DNA from: Pyrobaculum sp.
GTDB taxonomy: Archaea > Thermoproteota > Thermoprotei > Thermoproteales > Thermoproteaceae
DNA length: 29,249 nucleotides
NCBI GenBank assembly: GCA_046293555.1
Contig: JBKBOT010000020.1
Coordinates: 1-29,249 of the forward strand
Direction: 5' to 3'
The translations under genes were made by a program, and so were the position numbers. This document shows positions 24,413-29,249 of this stretch, piece after piece. Numbering within the stretch: position 1 is the first letter of the stretch; every line of letters begins with the position of its first letter. The notes below the pieces were generated by a model. The model searched no databases, was not told the DNA's origin, and worked only from the letters and a program-made list of their open reading frames with translations.

Positions 24413-25578
24413 GCCGCCCGCCGTTGTATATATTTCCCCCTCTCTTTTTCGTACTGATCCGCGGGGATGGGCTTGATTTTAGCCAGGATTTTCGGCAGTG
24501 CGGTGTACTCCATCTCCTCTGGGGGCAGTCTGTGCGGCTGGAATGGCCCCATCCTGCGTATATAGTCTGCAATCTGGGCCGCGGCCTGTCTTACGTAGTC
24601 AAAAGCCGGGTCGTCAAAAAGGTCCACCGCCCCCTCTAGATAGCCGTCGTGGAGCTGGAAGCCCAGAGCCCCCACCTTAGGCGGCCCGTCAAATCGCGTC
24701 ATCTTTGCCCCCATGGCGACCCTCCCCTCTGGGTCTATGGAGATAAAACGTGCTGGCATCAAGGGCCCGGCGTGGCTGCCTCTCATCCAGCCGTGGACCA
24801 GGTGGGGGTGGGCGAAGGCCTCCAGCACCTCTCCCACCGCCGGGAAGCCCGCCTGCGTCCTCACTACCATCACCGGGTCGTCTTTGCCCACATATCTCCC
24901 GGCGATTAGCGACAGCCTCTCCACGCTATTTGCGGCGGCGGGCATGCCGTCTGCCTTCCTAAAGACCTTCCTCACTATAAACCTCCCCGTGGTGCCTATT
25001 AGGCCTAGCAGCGAGTAGGAGTCCTCTGGAGTCTTTAGTAGGTAGACCTTGTGTTCCACCACGTCTAGCACCTCGAAGATAAAGCCTTCATGCATGGCTG
25101 GGTCTATCACAAGCCCCGCCGTGTTGAAAGGATCTGCAAACATCCTATATAGCGGCGAGTTGAACGCCCCCGGCTCGGTCTTGTCTGCAGCAAAGGCGAC
25201 GATGGGCTCGCTGGGCCTCTCCTCAAACTCCATCTCAGCCACCTGTGGCCCCATGCCCCTAATGTTTCCAGAAAAGGCCTCTTTCAGCAAGTCCTGGCCG
25301 GCGCCATAGAGCTTAAACCTCTTCGCCACCTGTTCTGTAACCTCCCTAAATACCTCCCAGGCGAGGCCGTGGACCTCCGGGCTGTCCTCACCCCTCGTGT
25401 GTGTCATCAATAGCGAGATGTCATCGCCAACGTTGTAGACAAAGTAGTCTATGACGACACCCCTCCTTTGGGCCTCCCTGAGCCTGTCGGCCGCCAGTTG
25501 TAACATCTTGGGGTGGACGTGGGCGTGGCCTGGAAATCCCCCCACGTCCGCCTTTATTATCGACACCGTAACTCTCAT
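24388..25578 (-). CDS. fbp: Bifunctional fructose-1,6-bisphosphate aldolase/phosphatase (class V FBPase)
   Basis: IKADVGG..GH, VGDD, LYGAGQDLL, DKTEPGAFN, GRYVGKDDP (catalytic Tyr/Lys), GWMRGSH, RFDGPP, MGPF.PHRL. Confidence 0.97.
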   Translation of the reverse strand: MRVTVSIIKADVGGFPGHAHVHPKMLQLAADRLREAQRRGVVIDYFVYNVGDDISLLMTHTRGEDSPEVHGLAWEVFREVTEQVAKRFKLYGAGQDLLKEAFSGNIRGMGPQVAEMEFEERPSEPIVAFAADKTEPGAFNSPLYRMFADPFNTAGLVIDPAMHEGFIFEVLDVVEHKVYLLKTPEDSYSLLGLIGTTGRFIVRKVFRKADGMPAAANSVERLSLIAGRYVGKDDPVMVVRTQAGFPAVGEVLEAFAHPHLVHGWMRGSHAGPLMPARFISIDPEGRVAMGAKMTRFDGPPKVGALGFQLHDGYLEGAVDLFDDPAFDYVRQAAAQIADYIRRMGPFQPHRLPPEEMEYTALPKILAKIKPIPADQYEKERGKYIQRRAAGVESHHD

Positions 25579-25597
25579 AGGGCCATGTGGCGGCCTG

Positions 25598-25630
25598 TAT
25601 ATAAAGATTTTTGGCGGTAAAGTTTATATA
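25598..25630. promoter_or_regulatory. Back-to-back identical TTTATATA boxes for fbp (minus, 25598-25605) and carAB (plus, 25623-25630)
   Basis: 27 nt to the fbp ATG at 25578 and 28 nt to the ATG at 25651. Confidence 0.7.
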
Positions 25631-25650
25631 CCAGACAGCTCTGGCGGTTA

Positions 25651-26699
25651 ATGTCCAAGGGGCGAGGGGATATCTGGTTCTTGAAGACGGCACGGTGTTT
25701 GTAGGGAGGCCCATAGGCGCGGAAAAAACGGCAGTAGGGGAGGTTGTCTTCACCACCGCGGTGGTGGGATACCCCCAGGTGTTGACAGACCCGAGCTACA
25801 TGGGCCAGATCGTGGCTTTCTCCATGCCGCTTATTGGCAACTACGGCGTCTCTGAAGACCAGCTGGAGTCAGATGGCATCAAGGCGGAGGGGGTGGTGGT
25901 ATTTGAGGCCACAAGGCCTAGTCACTACAGGTCCGTGATGTCTCTTGAGGAGTGGCTCTCCGCCTCCAGCGTCCCCGGCCTCGCCGGGGTGGACACCAGG
26001 GCGTTAGTACAGCTGTTAAGAGAACATGGCGTCATGATGGCAGCTATGGGCGTGGGGGAGCCGGGGGAGCTGTTAGAAAAGATACGTAAGTCGCCTAGAT
26101 ACGAGGAGGTGCTATATGTAGACGCCGTGTCTATAAAAGAGCCCGTGGAGCTGGGCGCCGGGGAGAGGTGCGTCGGCGTTGTGGACTGTGGCGTCAAGAG
26201 GTCTATAGTGAGGGAGTTCTTAAAACGCGGCGTGAGGGTAAGGCTTGTCCCATGCCGCAGGCCCGAGCTGGCTTTTGACTGCGACGGCTTGTTTATAAGC
26301 AACGGCCCCGGAAACCCCAAGCTCCTCACCTTTCTCGTAGAGAGGGTGAGGGAGTATCTGGAGTACAGAAAGCCGCTTATGGGGATCTGCCTCGGCCACC
26401 AGGTGGTCGCCATGGCGTTTGGCGCCAGCGTCTACAAGATGAAGTACGGCCACAGGGCTAGCAACAAGCCCGTGAGGGATCTCCACTTTACGGGCAAGAC
26501 CTACATCACTGTACATAACCACGGCTACGCCGTGGACCCCAAGGGCGTCGGGCTGAAGGTGTGGGCTGTACAGCCAGATGACGGCACCGTGGAGGGGCTA
26601 TACGGCGGGGGGGTTTTAACCACACAGTTCCACCCAGAGGCCTCCCCCGGCCCTCACGACGTCCGTTGGATATTTGACAAGTTCGTAAAGATGTTATGA
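25651..26699 (+). CDS. carA: Carbamoyl-phosphate synthase small subunit; promoter-proximal ATG is out of frame (see findings)
   Basis: YLVLEDG, GEVVF.T..GY..LTDPSY.GQI, PLIGNYG, SNGPGNP, GICLGHQ (catalytic Cys), HNHGYAV, QFHPEASPGP. The true start is uncertain. Confidence 0.93.
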
Positions 26700-29249
26700 A
26701 GGTATTAGTCATAGGCTCCGGCGCCATTAAGGTGGCAGAAGCCGCCGAGTTTGACTACTCGGGCTCACAAGCCCTCAAGGCCTTCAGGGAGGAGGGGATA
26801 GAGACGGTGTTGGTAAACCCAAACGTCGCCACCATCCAGACCTCCAGATATCTGGCAGACAGGGTGTATTTTATCCCAATAGAGAGGGGCTTTCTCGCCG
26901 AGGTTATAGAGAGGGAGAGGCCAGACGCCATTGCTTGCGGCTTTGGCGGCCAGACCGCCCTGTCTGCATGTATAGATCTCGACGATGCTGGAGTGTTGGA
27001 AAAATACGGCGTTAAGGTCCTGGGGACCCCCCTGCGGGGGATCAGGAGGGCCCTATCCAGGGAGCTGTTTCAAAAAGCCATGCGGGAGGCGGGGATACCC
27101 ATACCCCCCAGCCGTTCCGCCAGATCGCCAGAAGAGGCGCTGGGGGTGGCAGAGGAGCTGGGCTACCCCGTGGTGGTGAGGGTGAGCTTTAACCTAGGGG
27201 GGGCGGGGGCCTTTGTGGCTAGAGATAGGGAGGCCCTTTTGGCCAGGATATACAAGGCCTTTGCCCAGTCCGCAATTGGGGAGGTGCTGGTGGAGAAATA
27301 CCTGGAGGGGTGGAAGGAGGTGGAGTTTGAGGTGGTGAGAGATGCATACGACAACGTGGCGGCTGTGGTGTGTATGGAAAACATAGACCCCATGGGGGTA
27401 CACACAGGCGACTCCATAGTGGTGGCCCCCTGCCTCACTCTGACAGATGGGGACTACCAGACCGCCCGCAATATCTCCATCGGCGTGGCGAGGGCCATAG
27501 AGCTGGTGGGGGAGGGCAACGTCCAGGTTGCCATAAACTACGGCGGGCCGGAGCAATACGCCATTGAGACAAACCCACGTATGTCTCGCTCCAGCGCCCT
27601 GGCGTCAAAGGCGTCTGGCTACCCGCTGGCCTACATAGCGGCTAAGCTCGCCCTTGGCTACCGCCTAGACGAGGTTATGAACACAGTCACTAGGCGCACC
27701 ATCGCGGCTTTTGAGCCCTCTCTAGACTACATAGTGGTGAAACACCCCAGGTGGGAAAACGACCGTTTTGGCATTAAGGAGGGCCTCGGCCCCGAGATGA
27801 TGTCTATCGGCGAGGCTATGGCGGTAGGCAGAACTCTAGAGGAGGCGTGGCAGAAAGCCATGAGGATGGTGGACATAGGCGAGCCGGGGCTCGTGGGCGG
27901 GAGGATGTTTAGAGAGCTAGATAGAGAAGCCGCCTTGAGGTGTCTAGAGGGGTATAGGCCCTACTGGCCCATCTGCGCCGCCAAGGCTATATACCTCGGC
28001 GCCTCTGTCGAGGAGATATACCAGAAGGTGAGGGTGGATAGGTTCTTCCTAAACGCCATATGGCGTGTGGTGGAGATGTATAAAAAAGTCGAGAGGGGGG
28101 AGGGGGACCTGGAGGAGGCCAGGAGGCTGGGCTTTTCGGAGGAGCAGCTGCCCAGACGCCCGGCGGCGAGGCCTGTGGTGAAGAAGATAGACACCCTAGC
28201 CGGCGAGTGGCCCGCCGAGACTAACTACCTGTATCTCACCTACGGCGGCGTTGTGGATGACCCCACGCCAAAAGCTGACTTCCTGGTGGTGGGGGCGGGG
28301 GTTTTTAGAATTGGCGTAAGTGTGGAGTTCGACTGGTCTACCGTAAGTCTAGCCACAGAGTTGAGAAGCCGGGGGTATAAAGTGGCCATTTTGAACTACA
28401 ACCCGGAGACGGTTTCTACAGACTGGGACGTGGTGGACAAACTTTATTTCGACGAGATTTCCGTGGAGAGGATTTTAGACATTGTGGAGAAGGAGGGGGG
28501 TAACATCACGGTGGTTTTATACGCCGGGGGGCAGATAGGCCAGAGGCTTTACCTAGAGCTAGAGAGACGGGGGGTGAGAATCGGCGGGACGAGAGCTAGC
28601 TCTATCGACATGGCTGAAGATAGGAACAAGTTCTCCAAGCTGTTAGAACGGCTTGGAGTCAGGCAGCCACCTTGGTTCACCGCCTCCTCTATAGAGGAGG
28701 CCTTAAAGCTGGCGGAAGACCTGGGGTACCCGGTGTTGTTAAGACCTAGCTACGTCCTGGGGGGGACATACATGGCTGTGGCTTATGACACAAGAGAACT
28801 AGTGGAGTTTTTAAAAACTGCGGCTAGGGTGAGCGGGAGGTATCCCGTGGTGGTGTCTAAATTCATGCCTGGGGGGATAGAGGCGGAGGTAGACGCGGTG
28901 TCTGACGGCGTGAGGGTAGTAGCCACGCCGATTGAACACATCGAGCCTCCTGGCGTCCATTCGGGCGATTCCACCATGGTGCTCCCCCCGAGGAGGCTGG
29001 GGGAGGGCGAGGTGGGGAAGATGGTCGAGATAGCCCACCTCCTGGCTAGAGAGCTGGGGGTCAGGGGGCCTATGAACGTCCAGTTTTTGGCGCAAGACGA
29101 CATATACGTCATAGAGGCCAACTTGAGGGTAAGTAGGTCTATGCCCCTTGTGAGTAAGGCCACTGGCGTTAACTACATGTCCCTCGTGGCGGATATACTC
29201 ATTAACGGCAGGCTTGCCGTAGATGAGGAGACCGTGGTGTTAAAGCCGT
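26696..29249 (+). CDS. carB: Carbamoyl-phosphate synthase large subunit, 3'-truncated by the window edge
   Basis: Manual translation from ATG 26696 (ATGA overlap with carA): MKVLVIGSGAIKVAEAAEFDYSGSQA..NPNVATIQT, FGGQTA, MENIDPMGVHTGDS, ETNPRMSRSSALASKASGYP, NYNPETVSTD, RPSYVLGG, EHIE..GVHSGDS. Confidence 0.97.
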   Translation, partial: MKVLVIGSGAIKVAEAAEFDYSGSQALKAFREEGIETVLVNPNVATIQTSRYLADRVYFIPIERGFLAEVIERERPDAIACGFGGQTALSACIDLDDAGVLEKYGVKVLGTPLRGIRRALSRELFQKAMREAGIPIPPSRSARSPEEALGVAEELGYPVVVRVSFNLGGAGAFVARDREALLARIYKAFAQSAIGEVLVEKYLEGWKEVEFEVVRDAYDNVAAVVCMENIDPMGVHTGDSIVVAPCLTLTDGDYQTARNISIGVARAIELVGEGNVQVAINYGGPEQYAIETNPRMSRSSALASKASGYPLAYIAAKLALGYRLDEVMNTVTRRTIAAFEPSLDYIVVKHPRWENDRFGIKEGLGPEMMSIGEAMAVGRTLEEAWQKAMRMVDIGEPGLVGGRMFRELDREAALRCLEGYRPYWPICAAKAIYLGASVEEIYQKVRVDRFFLNAIWRVVEMYKKVERGEGDLEEARRLGFSEEQLPRRPAARPVVKKIDTLAGEWPAETNYLYLTYGGVVDDPTPKADFLVVGAGVFRIGVSVEFDWSTVSLATELRSRGYKVAILNYNPETVSTDWDVVDKLYFDEISVERILDIVEKEGGNITVVLYAGGQIGQRLYLELERRGVRIGGTRASSIDMAEDRNKFSKLLERLGVRQPPWFTASSIEEALKLAEDLGYPVLLRPSYVLGGTYMAVAYDTRELVEFLKTAARVSGRYPVVVSKFMPGGIEAEVDAVSDGVRVVATPIEHIEPPGVHSGDSTMVLPPRRLGEGEVGKMVEIAHLLARELGVRGPMNVQFLAQDDIYVIEANLRVSRSMPLVSKATGVNYMSLVADILINGRLAVDEETVVLKP

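Noticed and set aside
25651-25704. Homology of the carA uORF peptide (DIW) to the fungal arginine attenuator peptide
   Set aside because: The similarity covers only about three residues and is dictated by the overlapping CarA frame, so it is not evidence of homology.

Overview
Compact archaeal chromosomal window. Gene set, leaderless TATA spacing, the short type T RNase P RNA and the pilin sequence all point to Thermoproteaceae (Pyrobaculum-like); this is inferred, not searched. Housekeeping genes: 5' end of a Hel308/Ski2-like helicase, mcm, hisC-like aminotransferase, sufD-like gene, 2-oxoacid:ferredoxin oxidoreductase alpha/beta, marC, FBP aldolase/phosphatase, carA and partial carB. tRNA-maturation genes: elp3 head-to-head with a Trm9-like methyltransferase around one palindromic TATA box, tiaS, and the RNase P RNA. 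Surface genes: (i) a five-gene, translationally coupled operon of type IV pilin-like proteins (2223-8383) that includes a 1074-aa pilin-adhesin fusion; (ii) a major pilin, a leader-less pilin paralogue and a beta-propeller surface protein (11381-14776). Features the ORF track misses: the RNase P RNA, a box C/D sRNA built across the fbp stop codon, and an out-of-frame promoter-proximal ATG at carA. The best candidate for an undescribed system is the pilin-like operon, in which several subunits appear to start at the mature pilin +1 position without a prepilin leader. No CRISPR array, tRNA, rRNA or transposase was seen.
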